64,000 nucleotides of DNA, from the IMG/VR virus record IMGVR_UViG_3300046323_000234. One strand, written 5' to 3'. Each line of letters begins with the position of its first letter. Position 1 is the first letter of the stretch. Positions 20,937 through 31,890 of this stretch are shown in pieces. The notes under the pieces are model-generated. The model was not told the origin of the DNA and made no database searches. It worked only from the letters and a program-made list of their open reading frames with translations. The DNA is from a virus. The position numbers and the translations under genes are program-made.

Positions 20937-21623
20937 ATGAAAAAAAGAAACGAATTATCGGATTTCAAAAAGAAATTTGGATATATATTAGAATATAAAA
21001 TCAACAACGAATCCAATCTAATGAGAGAGGATTTCGATGATGATACTATTGCTGGCCAAATGAATAGTATTGAAGAAGCTGATGAAACACCAGCAGAACC
21101 AAAACCTGATGCGTCTGGTGGTGATGTTAAACCAGCACCAACCGTTCCAGCACCAGAAAAGCCAAAACAAGAGATTAAACCAGATCCAATGGCTGAACCA
21201 CCAACATCTGTTGGAAATGAACCACCACAAGGGCCACAAGGCGAAGTTATGGGTAATGGTGAACCAGTTGAAAATCCACAAAATGATTTAATGAGAGATC
21301 AAGTATCATTTATGGAGAAGTTTGTAACAACATTGCAATCAATTGACAGTAACATGTCTCTAATGAATCAAAAAATGGATAAATATCAACAAGAACTCAA
21401 TAAGATGAGATTGGATGTTGAAGAAGTTAGAGAACCATCTGATGAAGAGAAACTTGAGATGCAAAGCTTAAAAGCTTATCCATATAATCAAAAATTAAGT
21501 GATGTGTTTGGTGATAAATTTAGAAATGATGATCAAAGCGTAAAGAAAGAATTTTCAACGGAATTTATTCCAAATGTAAATATTCAAGATAAAACAGTTT
21601 CAGATAGTTTTAACGATTTTTAA
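20937..21623 (+). CDS. Acidic, Pro-rich coiled-coil protein (possible head/scaffold-associated)
   Basis: P/E-rich linker, coiled coil, LEMQSLKAYPYNQKL. Confidence 0.6.
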   Translation: MKKRNELSDFKKKFGYILEYKINNESNLMREDFDDDTIAGQMNSIEEADETPAEPKPDASGGDVKPAPTVPAPEKPKQEIKPDPMAEPPTSVGNEPPQGPQGEVMGNGEPVENPQNDLMRDQVSFMEKFVTTLQSIDSNMSLMNQKMDKYQQELNKMRLDVEEVREPSDEEKLEMQSLKAYPYNQKLSDVFGDKFRNDDQSVKKEFSTEFIPNVNIQDKTVSDSFNDF

Positions 21624-21624
21624 T

Positions 21625-22077
21625 ATGTCTAAGAATAAACAAAAATTATTTGAAATGATGAGTAAGATTGATTCATCATTTAAAAGACCAATTAATGAAG
21701 CTGTTGATTTAAACGTTGTTAGAAAACAAATCGAACAATATTATTCCAAATTTAAAGAATTGGAGAATAAGTTAAATCAACATTCAACAGATGAATTAAT
21801 AAATAATTATATATTCAGTGAGGTTTTTGATGAAGTGACAAAATTAAAAGAGTCTTTCAATAATATAGATACTGCATTTTATAACGATTTTAATCAGATT
21901 GGTGATGATACACCAGAAGAATCAACTATATATGATGAATATTCAGAAGTTGATAATGAATTAGGTAAATTTAAAAATCTGGTTGATAATTTTTATGATG
22001 ATTTGGAAACGATGAAAAGTGCATTTGATATGCTTGGTGATTTATCTAGAGGAACAAGATATTTTAATCCGAGATAA
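21625..22077 (+). CDS. Helical hypothetical protein
   Basis: KQKLFEMMSKID...INE N-terminus; acidic helices. Confidence 0.65.
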   Translation: MSKNKQKLFEMMSKIDSSFKRPINEAVDLNVVRKQIEQYYSKFKELENKLNQHSTDELINNYIFSEVFDEVTKLKESFNNIDTAFYNDFNQIGDDTPEESTIYDEYSEVDNELGKFKNLVDNFYDDLETMKSAFDMLGDLSRGTRYFNPR

Positions 22078-22102
22078 ATAACAACATTAAATAATAATAT
22101 TT

Positions 22103-22132
22103 AAGGCTACACATTAATTTATGTAGCCTTTT
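22103..22132 (+). terminator. Rho-independent terminator
   Basis: AAGGCTACA...TGTAGCCTTTT. Confidence 0.75.
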
Positions 22133-22158
22133 CTATTTATATATAAAGAAAATATAAT

Positions 22159-23535
22159 ATGTCATTCCACAGATCCTATTTTGAGAAAAATAATACATTA
22201 ATTTACCGAAATGTAACTAATAATGGAAAAAATCCAGTAACCGAAATATTTTATGGTGGAAGAGTGGATGATATTAATTTCAGTAGGTTTATATTTAAAC
22301 CCAATCTAACAGATTTAACACATAAAGTAACTGGTGATACATTATTGCAAACAAATATAACATCACATAAGTTAAAAATATTCAATACAATATCCTATAG
22401 ACCAGATTTGATTGGTGGATTATTTTCAGACCAAATAACAAAAAGAGCATCAAGCTTTAAATTAATACTGTTCAAGATAAACCAAGAATGGGATGAAGGT
22501 AATGGATTTGAATTCTATTATGATACAACAACATTACAAGGAATAATTTATAGTGGACATTCAAACTGGTTCTATGCAAAAAACTATATTGCTTGGAGTG
22601 GTGAAGGTGTATATAATTTTACACCAGAGATTATAACCACATTGGATTATGATAATGGTGATGAAAATATCGATGTAGACATATCAAATTATGTTAATAA
22701 TGTATTATACTCTGGTGCTACAAATTATGGCATTGGAATAGCGTTTTCATCATCCACTGAGCAAATTATAACCACACAAAGATATGCCGTTGGCTTTCAT
22801 ACAAAATATACAAATACATTCTTTGAACCATATGTTGAAACAACATTCAATGATAATGTAACTGACGATAGAAACTTCTTTTATTTAGATAAAGCAAATA
22901 AACTGTATCTAATACCAAGATTCGGTAATTCATTATCAGATGTAACAGTTAATTCAGTAACTATATACGATTTTAATGATTTAGTTATTGATACATTAAC
23001 TGGTAATTCAATTAATAGATTATCAAAAGGAATCTATAATATAGATTATTCAGTATTATCAGCAGACTATCCAGATGCTGTTATATTCAGAGATGTGTGG
23101 AATGTTACATATAATAATATAACAAAAGACATAGAACAAGAGTTTTATTTGATAGATCAATTTAATTATTATAAATTTAATGATAATAAAATATCTAACG
23201 AAAGAAATTATTCAGTATCGTATTCTGGAATCGCAGATGATGAATCAATAAGGCCAAATGGTGTTAGAAAAATAAAATTATATATAAAACAATTCTATCA
23301 ACATAATAATCTACCTTTTGAAATAGATTATAGAATATATGTTAAACAAGGTGATAATATACATATTGATGTAATCCCCTTTACAAATGTTAATAGATTG
23401 GGAAACGATTATTGGTTTGACCTAGATACTAACTGGCTAATCCAAAATACATACTTTATCGAACTTAGATTAAAATTGGATGGACAATATTTTATAAAAT
23501 CACCAATCAAATTTAAAATAGTCGGCAATAAATAA
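22159..23535 (+). CDS. Putative virion structural protein (beta-rich)
   Basis: Late motif upstream; WDEGNG and FFEPYVET motifs. Confidence 0.6.
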   Translation: MSFHRSYFEKNNTLIYRNVTNNGKNPVTEIFYGGRVDDINFSRFIFKPNLTDLTHKVTGDTLLQTNITSHKLKIFNTISYRPDLIGGLFSDQITKRASSFKLILFKINQEWDEGNGFEFYYDTTTLQGIIYSGHSNWFYAKNYIAWSGEGVYNFTPEIITTLDYDNGDENIDVDISNYVNNVLYSGATNYGIGIAFSSSTEQIITTQRYAVGFHTKYTNTFFEPYVETTFNDNVTDDRNFFYLDKANKLYLIPRFGNSLSDVTVNSVTIYDFNDLVIDTLTGNSINRLSKGIYNIDYSVLSADYPDAVIFRDVWNVTYNNITKDIEQEFYLIDQFNYYKFNDNKISNERNYSVSYSGIADDESIRPNGVRKIKLYIKQFYQHNNLPFEIDYRIYVKQGDNIHIDVIPFTNVNRLGNDYWFDLDTNWLIQNTYFIELRLKLDGQYFIKSPIKFKIVGNK

Positions 23536-23596
23536 TTTATTATATTTAATAATAAAATATTTTTCTAACTATTTATATTAGAATAAACGTGAATGT

Positions 23597-23682
23597 AATA
23601 AATCTAAAAATATTATAAGAAAAATATTTTTAGATTTATTCAAAATAAAATTGACAACTGAATTAATATAGATGATATTTGT
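23597..23682 (+). promoter_or_regulatory. AT-rich inverted repeat plus putative early/middle promoter of the replication operon
   Basis: AATAAATCTAAAAATATT...AATATTTTTAGATTTATT, then TTGACA at 23651 and GATATTTG. Confidence 0.45.
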
Positions 23683-23763
23683 GTCATCAAGTAATGAAAA
23701 ACATTCGAATGTAACAAACTTGAAAATTAAAATAAACAATTATAAACAAAACGTGCTAAACAA

Positions 23764-24876
23764 ATGGAAAACGAATTTGAAGACTCATTGGATGAATTAT
23801 TAGATCATTATAATTCAACACATGAAAAAAAGGGATCAGGTGTAATCCCAAGAGAAGAACTAATGAAAAAGTTCTTTGTACCACAAAATGCCACAGAAGA
23901 ATTTAGAGTGGTTAAACAACCATCTAAAGACGGTGATAAACTTTCATACACCGAGACTGCTCACTTTCACGAAATCAAAGTAGGTGAAAAATATAGAAAA
24001 GCTTATTGCTTTAAACACAATGATGACACCAGATGTCCAATGTGTGAAATGGAAGGATTTCTTTTAGGTAAACAATTGAAAAAGAAGTTTGCTGACATGA
24101 CTCCAGAAGAAAAAGAAAAAAATGATAAGATTTATAAATTGTCATTAAAATTCAAAGCAAAAAAATTCTATATCATCAAAGGTCTTGATAGAGGTCAAGA
24201 AAAAGATGGTGTTAAATTCTGGAGATTTAAACACAATTATAAAATGCAAGGTGTTTATGATAAACTGGTAGCAGCAGTTAAATTTTCAAAACAAGAAAAT
24301 AATATCATTTATACTGATGTACTTAATGGTGTCGATCTACAAATTAATGTAGCTGATGATAAAATGCCAAACGGCAAAAAATTCAAAACAGTTACATCAA
24401 TCATGGCCAAATCCAAAACATCTCCTTTAAGTTTGGATGATGCAAAACAAAAAGCATGGTCAACAGACACACTAAAGTGGACAGATGTATTTAAACCATT
24501 GAAAGCACCACATGTGGATGAAATTAAGTTCCTAGAACTTGCAGCTAAAGGTGTAGCACCATTCTATGATGAAAAAGTTAAAAGATGGTATGCACCAGAA
24601 AATCCAGATTTGGAAGCTAAAATGAACGAAAGAACTCAAAATCTTGAAGCCAAAGAAGAAGAATCATCTTTTGGTGGTGATAATGAGTTTGAGGATGAAA
24701 TTAGTCAATTAATGAACGATAAAAAAGCTGCATCAAAAACTGCTGATATTGAATCAATGCCAACATCACAAGTCGCAACCAAAAAAGCATCAACCAAAGA
24801 AGCAGTTAAAGAAACTGTTAAAACTCTGGATGATAATGATGGTCTAGGCTTTGATGATGATGACCTACCGTTCTAA
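23764..24876 (+). CDS. T4 gp32-like single-stranded DNA-binding protein
   Basis: H...C-x8-CPMC Zn site, GVKFWRF, acidic tail ending DDDDLPF; upstream of recombinase. Confidence 0.8.
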   Translation: MENEFEDSLDELLDHYNSTHEKKGSGVIPREELMKKFFVPQNATEEFRVVKQPSKDGDKLSYTETAHFHEIKVGEKYRKAYCFKHNDDTRCPMCEMEGFLLGKQLKKKFADMTPEEKEKNDKIYKLSLKFKAKKFYIIKGLDRGQEKDGVKFWRFKHNYKMQGVYDKLVAAVKFSKQENNIIYTDVLNGVDLQINVADDKMPNGKKFKTVTSIMAKSKTSPLSLDDAKQKAWSTDTLKWTDVFKPLKAPHVDEIKFLELAAKGVAPFYDEKVKRWYAPENPDLEAKMNERTQNLEAKEEESSFGGDNEFEDEISQLMNDKKAASKTADIESMPTSQVATKKASTKEAVKETVKTLDDNDGLGFDDDDLPF

Positions 24877-24891
24877 TCCAAAATAACCCCT

Positions 24892-24954
24892 AATCCATCT
24901 ATTTCATAATTTAGTTATATTATATAATTAGAGAGTGAAGTAGATGGATTTTTT
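24892..24954 (+). terminator. Hairpin/terminator after SSB
   Basis: AATCCATCTA...TAGATGGATT followed by a T-run. Confidence 0.55.
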
Positions 24955-24969
24955 ATCCCTATTAAAAAA

Positions 24970-25497
24970 ATGAAAACTTTTAAAAATAAAGATGATTTTA
25001 AAACCAATATAATCAAATATATTTTGATTGGTATTGAAAATAATACTTTTAAAGTAGAATTTGATTATCCAAGTGGTAACCTATTAAATTTATCAAATGA
25101 TTATATATTCAGTTGTAACTTTTATGAATATGATGATCATTCATTTAACATTCAATATACTTTTTCAAATATTGCAGATTGTTTAAATCTAACAAAAGAT
25201 GAATATAATTTAATCATGTATGCTTGCTATGAACATACCTATAGTAACGATATAATGAATGGATTATTGGATTTGATTAAAGAAAATGAAGATAATTCAC
25301 ATTTTGATGATTCATTGAATAATGATGATGACTTATTAAAAATGGTTGATCTTATTGATAATAAATGGAATGAATATAGAAATATTACTAATAATAATGA
25401 TGCTTGGACTTTTAAAGAGTGGTTAAAAAGTAAATACGATAATAGGAATGACGTTTTTGGATTGGATGAAGCAAAGGATGATGACTTGCCCTTTTAA
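24970..25497 (+). CDS. Acidic hypothetical protein ending in an SSB-like tail
   Basis: C-terminus DDDLPF. Confidence 0.7.
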   Translation: MKTFKNKDDFKTNIIKYILIGIENNTFKVEFDYPSGNLLNLSNDYIFSCNFYEYDDHSFNIQYTFSNIADCLNLTKDEYNLIMYACYEHTYSNDIMNGLLDLIKENEDNSHFDDSLNNDDDLLKMVDLIDNKWNEYRNITNNNDAWTFKEWLKSKYDNRNDVFGLDEAKDDDLPF

Positions 25498-25527
25498 AAT
25501 AATAAAAAATATAAACAAATAAATACA

Positions 25528-26586
25528 ATGACAACAGTACGTGGAGCAGTAAAAAAGAAAGAGTTTTCCCTTGGTGATTATAAGAAAACAAAGGGAATTG
25601 ATAAAACAATGAGAAATAAGCCAGATAGGTGGATACCAGCATCAAAGGCATTTAAAGAGATAACTGGCTTACCAGGAGCGATTTATATGTCTGGATCGCA
25701 CTTTATATTCGGCTATGAAAATTCTGGGAAAACGACTTTAATCCTAGAAGCGGCTATATCAGCCCAGAAAATGAATATACTCCCAGTATTCTTAATGACC
25801 GAACAAAAACATAAATGGGATCATGCAAAGACGATGGGTTTTGAAGTTAATGAGATTGTTGATGCAGATGGTGTTGTAAGCTATGATGGATTTTTTTTAT
25901 ATTATGATAGACATAATTTTAGTACAGTTGAAGAACTTGCTAAAGTTATTCATGGTTTAATTGATGACCAAGAAGCTGGTAAATTACCATATGATTTATT
26001 GTTTCTCATTGATAGTTTTGGAAAATTAAACTGCGATAAGGGGGTAAAAAATAAGAACCAATTCAACCCTCAATGGATCAGTTCTTCCATTGCACACGAA
26101 TTTGGAGCTAGTGTAATTCCAAGAATTAATATGAGTATTAGTGAAAAATCTCAATATACAAACACACTTGTTCAAATTATTCAACCTTGGACTGAACTAC
26201 CAGATGTATATGGTGCTTTACCAAAGTTAACGCCAAAGGGTGGTAAATCATTACCACAAGATTCATCAATTGGATATAAATTTGGATCTAATACAAATAG
26301 TGGCACTTCAAGTATGAAGTTGAAAAAGAAGGGTCGTGAAATTGTTTGGGGTACTAGAACCAAAGTTGAGGTTGTGAAAAATCACATCACAATGTTATCG
26401 ACTAAAGGTAAATTAATCGCAACACCACATGGTTTTATTCTTGAAGATGAAGAAAAGGAGTATCTAGCAAAACATGCTGAATATTTTCTAGCACAATTAA
26501 ATACAGATAGTTTTGATGATGTGGAATTTTTTGAAGAAGATAATTCAGATGATGAACCAACCACAATAGAAGATATACTTGATTAA
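25528..26586 (+). CDS. uvsX: RecA/UvsX-like recombinase
   Basis: Walker A GYENSGKTT, LFLIDS, PKGG, TKVEVVKNH. Confidence 0.85.
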   Translation: MTTVRGAVKKKEFSLGDYKKTKGIDKTMRNKPDRWIPASKAFKEITGLPGAIYMSGSHFIFGYENSGKTTLILEAAISAQKMNILPVFLMTEQKHKWDHAKTMGFEVNEIVDADGVVSYDGFFLYYDRHNFSTVEELAKVIHGLIDDQEAGKLPYDLLFLIDSFGKLNCDKGVKNKNQFNPQWISSSIAHEFGASVIPRINMSISEKSQYTNTLVQIIQPWTELPDVYGALPKLTPKGGKSLPQDSSIGYKFGSNTNSGTSSMKLKKKGREIVWGTRTKVEVVKNHITMLSTKGKLIATPHGFILEDEEKEYLAKHAEYFLAQLNTDSFDDVEFFEEDNSDDEPTTIEDILD

Positions 26587-26590
26587 AATT

Positions 26591-26634
26591 AATATATTGG
26601 ATTTGACCAAACCAATCAAATCCAATATATTTTT
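26591..26634 (+). terminator. Rho-independent terminator
   Basis: AATATATTGGATTTGA...TCAAATCCAATATATT followed by T. Confidence 0.7.
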
Positions 26635-26644
26635 CACAATTTAA

Positions 26645-27865
26645 ATGGAAGATAATATAATATACAAAATTTATGGATTATATGCTTTAGATGATGAATC
26701 TAAAATAATTAGATATGTTGGATATACAAAAAGAACGATTAAAAAAAGATTATCATCACATATTCACCAATCCAAAGAACGTGATACACATAAAGATCGA
26801 TGGATAAGAAAAAATAATCGTAATATTGATGTTATATTAATTGAAGATAATATAAATACGTATGAATTGGTTTTAGAACGTGAAATATATTGGATTGATT
26901 ATTATAAGAAAATTGGGAATGATTTAGTAAATAGTACTGCTGGTGGTGATGGCACTAAAGGTAGATCACCATCAATGGCTGAACGTGAGCGTTCTAGAAA
27001 GTTAAATTTAGGTAAAAAATTATCTGAAGAACATAAAGCTAAAATAGGTAAGTCACATAAAGGTAAAATACTATCATTAGAACATAAGCAAAAATTAAAA
27101 GATAAAAAACAAAATGTTAGTGATGAAACCAAACAGAAAATGTCGATTATGGCCGTTAGGAGATTTTTGAGAGAGAAAAATATATTTGTTGATGATTTAT
27201 TAAATGATGAAATAGTTCACATAAAACAATTAATAATTGAATATGATAATTTAATAAAACAATTGGTAAAAACCCCAAATGATGATATCGAGTTTTATAA
27301 AAATAAGAATTTTGAAAATAAATTAAATTATGAATTAAAAAAATCCGAAGAGTATAAATTAGGAATTTTAACAAATAATGCAATAGCAATAAAAATAAAA
27401 GAAGATAAATTAAATATAATCAGAGAGAGAGAATTAAAAAAGAATTTTTTAATTCAAGAAAAAATTAATAAACAGCAATTAATTAAAACCGAAAGAGAAT
27501 TAAAGAAACAAAAAGAATATGAATCCAGACAAAAATTAATTGATTCGGGTGATCTATATCAAATGGTTAATTCACTTGGTAAATTGATTTGGGTTAGAAA
27601 AACGTCTGAACAAACCAAACAAAAACTTAGAGAAGCTAATCTTGGTAAGAAATATAGTGAAGAAACAAAAAGAAAACATTCTGAAACCAATTTTAGGATT
27701 AGAAATGGTAAAAAGGGTGTAAAATTAACCGAAGGTGATATTAGAGAAATTAGAAGATTATGCGATAATGAGAAAACAACTAAAGAATTGACAGAAATAT
27801 ATAATATGGATTATTCAACAATCAGAAAAATAGTCCTAAGAAAATTATGGTCAGACATTAAATAA
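26645..27865 (+). CDS. Free-standing GIY-YIG homing endonuclease with NUMOD3 repeats and C-terminal HTH
   Basis: KIYGL...YVGYT, R-x3-H, REIYWI, N-STAGGDG; GKKLSEEHKAKIG repeats. Confidence 0.85.
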   Translation: MEDNIIYKIYGLYALDDESKIIRYVGYTKRTIKKRLSSHIHQSKERDTHKDRWIRKNNRNIDVILIEDNINTYELVLEREIYWIDYYKKIGNDLVNSTAGGDGTKGRSPSMAERERSRKLNLGKKLSEEHKAKIGKSHKGKILSLEHKQKLKDKKQNVSDETKQKMSIMAVRRFLREKNIFVDDLLNDEIVHIKQLIIEYDNLIKQLVKTPNDDIEFYKNKNFENKLNYELKKSEEYKLGILTNNAIAIKIKEDKLNIIRERELKKNFLIQEKINKQQLIKTERELKKQKEYESRQKLIDSGDLYQMVNSLGKLIWVRKTSEQTKQKLREANLGKKYSEETKRKHSETNFRIRNGKKGVKLTEGDIREIRRLCDNEKTTKELTEIYNMDYSTIRKIVLRKLWSDIK

Positions 27866-27866
27866 C

Positions 27867-30862
27867 ATGCAATCAAATATAATTTGGCTCAACACAATAC
27901 ATTATGAATGGTATTCACAGCTTGTTCCAACAAACATTGAATCATGTGATTATGTGAAAGATATTTTAACTGTAATTATAAATGATAACTTTGAATATAA
28001 AGAACTCCAACAATTATCTTATTTTGAAAAGATTAATTATTCTAGGGGGTGTAGATTTATAAATAAATCATTAAATTTCTATATAAATGCAATATAACAT
28101 AGCTTGTAAATATATATTGGATATACATCAATTAATAATTAATAATCTAACAGTTGAAGAAATTGATTTGTTTGAAGATGATTATCAACCCGATGGTAAA
28201 TATAAATATTATCCATTTTTTACAATTTCTAAAATATTGTATAGTGAACATACCTATTATGCTGGAATGCAGACAACATATATATTTAAATTATATGATA
28301 TAGAATGAAGAAGCCTTGTAAATATATATTAGAAATTCATCAATTAATTGTTGATAATCTAATAGATATTGAAATATTTGGATTGGATGAAACACTGGAT
28401 AAATATTATTTATCCTCAAGTGAATTACCATCAATCCATATAAGCAATATTGAATATATATGGAAATTTAATAATGGCATCTATTTAGGTGTTAAACAAA
28501 AATAAGAACATGAAGCCTTGTAAATACATAATAGACATACATTCAAATATCGTTACTAATCATTTCATTGATGAAGAATTTATTGGCATTAAAAATAAAT
28601 ATCATTGGGTAGAAGATCAAATTATTTGCGATTATATTTTTGATTGTGGAATAATATATAGATATAATTGGACAACGAATGAATTAACATTAACAACATA
28701 TGAATAAAGTTTGTAATCACATATTAATAATACACTCTACAATTGTAAAAACATTTTTGCAAGATGATTTTAAGGAATTAAAATGCAACAGTGAAACATA
28801 TTACGATATGAACATAAAATCAATTGTCGTTAATTATTGGTTTAAATCATTGGATATAAGATATAAATATTATTACAACAGCGAATTAGTTTCACTAAGA
28901 TCACCAGATATTATAAAATGATAAACAACATAGAGAAAACAATATATATGAAACATTCTCATAATTCAAATCTAAGATTGCACATGGAATCTGAATGTTG
29001 TTTTTATGTAAATGAAATTTTGCCAAATATATTAAAAAATATTACATTTATGGAATTGTCTGATTTTACATATTATAAAAATCATGCATATAAAAGATAT
29101 ATGAATAAATTAATTTATATTTATTAGTTATGAAACTTAAACCATCTTGTGATTATATATTAGAAATTCATGGTATTATTGTTAAAAATATAACAACAGA
29201 GGAATTATTTGATTTTGTTGACATAATATCACCAATCCTATATAGTCCAAATGATTTTGGATTAATTAAAAAATATTATTTTATGAAAATTGGATTAGTT
29301 TATGATAGAGAATTTGATTATGGTTAAACCATGTAATCATATATTAGAAATACATCAGTTAATTATTAATACATTATTAGATGATGAAATAAATGAATTA
29401 GCGGATGCACATTCACCAATCATAAATAATCCATATTTAAAAATGAATTATTGTTATTTCTTTTTCACAAAGTTTTATATCAAATACAGTAGAGAATTTA
29501 TATTTTAACAATGCAATATCAGGATAGACCATCGCAATATATTAAAGAAATTCATGATATGATTTATGGAAATCTAACCAAAGATGAATTATATGATTGG
29601 ATAAAATTATTAGAAACTGATCCAAGTTATTATGTACTGCCAATGTTTCAAAATGCAATTGATATTTATATTTTAAAATGTGATCATTTAGTATAACCAA
29701 TGAAACCAGCTTGTAAATATATATTAGAAATTCATCAATTGATTGTTGATAATTTATTGATTATTGATGAAGTATTACCACTATTTGATGGTAATTATAT
29801 TGGCGACTATAAATATTTAACATCAATTAGTTCAATCAAATATATAATATTAATTATTCCTTCAAGGAAATATATAATATACCAAACGAATGAATATTAA
29901 ATCAGCTTGTAATTATATATTAGAAATACATCAACAAATTATTGATAATATAACTATTGATGAGGTTAAGGAGATATGTACGATATTGAATGATGATATT
30001 CAGGTTACTAATTTTATATTAAAAGCCTATTACATCGAGATTTATCCAATCCAATATAGATTTAGTTGGAGAACGTTTAACTATAAACAACAATAAAATA
30101 ATGAGTAAATCTAGATTAATATACAAGTATTATTATTATGAGCATGAAACATGTTGTAATTATATAATTAAAATTGTTGATACTATTTTTGATAATATGA
30201 ATTATGCTGAAGTTAATGAACTTGTTCAAGAACGTAGATTATTAATGGATTGGGACATAACAAAAGAGAATGTATTTTTGATTTGTTATTTGCGTTATAT
30301 AGAAACAACATATCCGTTTTAATATGAAAGTTGCTTGTGACTACATATTGGAAATACATCAATTAATTGTCGATAATTTAACATCTGGCGAGATAGTATT
30401 ATTTATGTCAAGATTGGAAAAGATAAATGCTATTCAAAATCGGATATTATTATATCCAATCCAATATAAATATTTTTCACTAATTTCAGTGACAAATCAA
30501 AAAATTAAGATTGAATATGTTAAGACATTAATATATTAAACAAAATGCAATATAACATACCTTGTAAACATATATTAGAAATTCATCAATTAATTGTTGA
30601 TAATTTAACTGGTGATGAAATTTATAAAATAGCTGATGATGGTATTGAAATTCGTTTAGGGCAAAAACATTCATCAATATCATTAACAATAAATAATATA
30701 TATTATATTCCAGATAGTGTGTTTTGTAATTATGCAAAACAATTTAATATTAAAACCATAACAAATGAAGAAGAACAAAACAAAAACATTGCTGGTGGAT
30801 GCCACATATTTATTAAAAAGGTCATTAACTGGTTCAAAAAACACATACGTTGGTGGAGATAA
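27867..30862 (+). CDS. Tandem array of 14 small paralogous ORFs (27867, 28087, 28305, 28510, 28700, 28918, 29130, 29320, 29511, 29700, 29890, 30101, 30324, 30545)
   Basis: Shared motif C-x-[YH]-I-L-E-I-H-x-x-I-[VI]-x-N-L-x-x-x-E followed by unrelated C-termini. Confidence 0.85.
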
Positions 30863-31826
30863 TAATGTTGGTATTTATACATTCATAACTACATTAAGAA
30901 AATTAATTAATGAAACCAAAGTAAATAGGGTTGTATTATGTTGGGATGGTGAGAATTCTGGGAAGCGCAGATATTTGATTTCTAGCGACTACAAAGCCAA
31001 TCGAAAGGGAAAGAGTTGGTATAATAAAATTCAGTTAACTGAGGCTGAAATTAAGTACCTAGAAAGGGATAAACAATCAGAGCTATATCAAAAAGTTAGA
31101 ATACAAAACTATTGTGAGGAATTATTCATTAGACAAGTTGAGATTGACGAAGTTGAAGCTGATGATATGATTGCACAATACGTAATAAATTTTTCAGAGA
31201 TAGAAGATATTATTGTATACACAAATGATAAAGATTATATTCAATTATTAGATTATAACATATCTGTATATCTTAATTTTATTGGTTTAATAATTGATAA
31301 AAATGATTTCTTCATGCATTTTCCATATCATTATAAAAATTCATTAACCATTAAAATAATGTGTGGTGATAGTGGTGATAATGTAAAGGGAATTAAAGGA
31401 TTTGCTGAACCAACATTCATGTCTTTATTTCCAGATGCAAAAGATAAGCATTTAATGGTAAAGGATGTTATTAGATTGGCCAAACAAATCCAAAAAGATA
31501 GAATTGATAATAAGCAAAAACCATTAAAGGTTATTGAGAATATAATAAACGGAAAAGATATTTATATTTTAAATAAACAATTGGTGGATCTATCATCACC
31601 ATTATTAAATGAAGATGAGAAGAATATTATATTAGATTTAGCATTGCCATTAGATTCTGAAAATAGAGGTTCAAAAAATTTAATTAGATTAATGAATGAA
31701 GATAAATTTTTATCAAATTACAATGGAAATAGATCTGATTTCGCTTCATATGTTGAGCCATTTTATATTATAATCTCAAGTGAGAAAAAATTATTTGAAG
31801 AATATTCAAAAAATATAAAATATTAA
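30765..31826 (+). CDS. 5'-3' exonuclease (T4 RNase H / Pol I 5' domain family)
   Basis: LLVDA, WDG, YKANR, EADD, DKD, GDSGDNVKGI. Confidence 0.92.
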   Translation: MKKNKTKTLLVDATYLLKRSLTGSKNTYVGGDNNVGIYTFITTLRKLINETKVNRVVLCWDGENSGKRRYLISSDYKANRKGKSWYNKIQLTEAEIKYLERDKQSELYQKVRIQNYCEELFIRQVEIDEVEADDMIAQYVINFSEIEDIIVYTNDKDYIQLLDYNISVYLNFIGLIIDKNDFFMHFPYHYKNSLTIKIMCGDSGDNVKGIKGFAEPTFMSLFPDAKDKHLMVKDVIRLAKQIQKDRIDNKQKPLKVIENIINGKDIYILNKQLVDLSSPLLNEDEKNIILDLALPLDSENRGSKNLIRLMNEDKFLSNYNGNRSDFASYVEPFYIIISSEKKLFEEYSKNIKY

Positions 31827-31850
31827 ATTGCGAGTTATATTAAAGTAGAT

Positions 31851-31858
31851 TAGATTTG
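31851..31858 (+). promoter_or_regulatory. Bacteroidota-type -7 promoter element TAnnTTTG
   Basis: TAGATTTG about 32 nt before ATG 31891, with TTG upstream at about 31828. Confidence 0.45.
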
Positions 31859-31890
31859 TATTATTAATTAAACCTATAAACAAAACAACA

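Noticed and set aside
27867-30862. CRISPR array
   Set aside because: The repeats are degenerate and protein-coding with synonymous variation, the spacers are about 150 nt, and no cas genes are present
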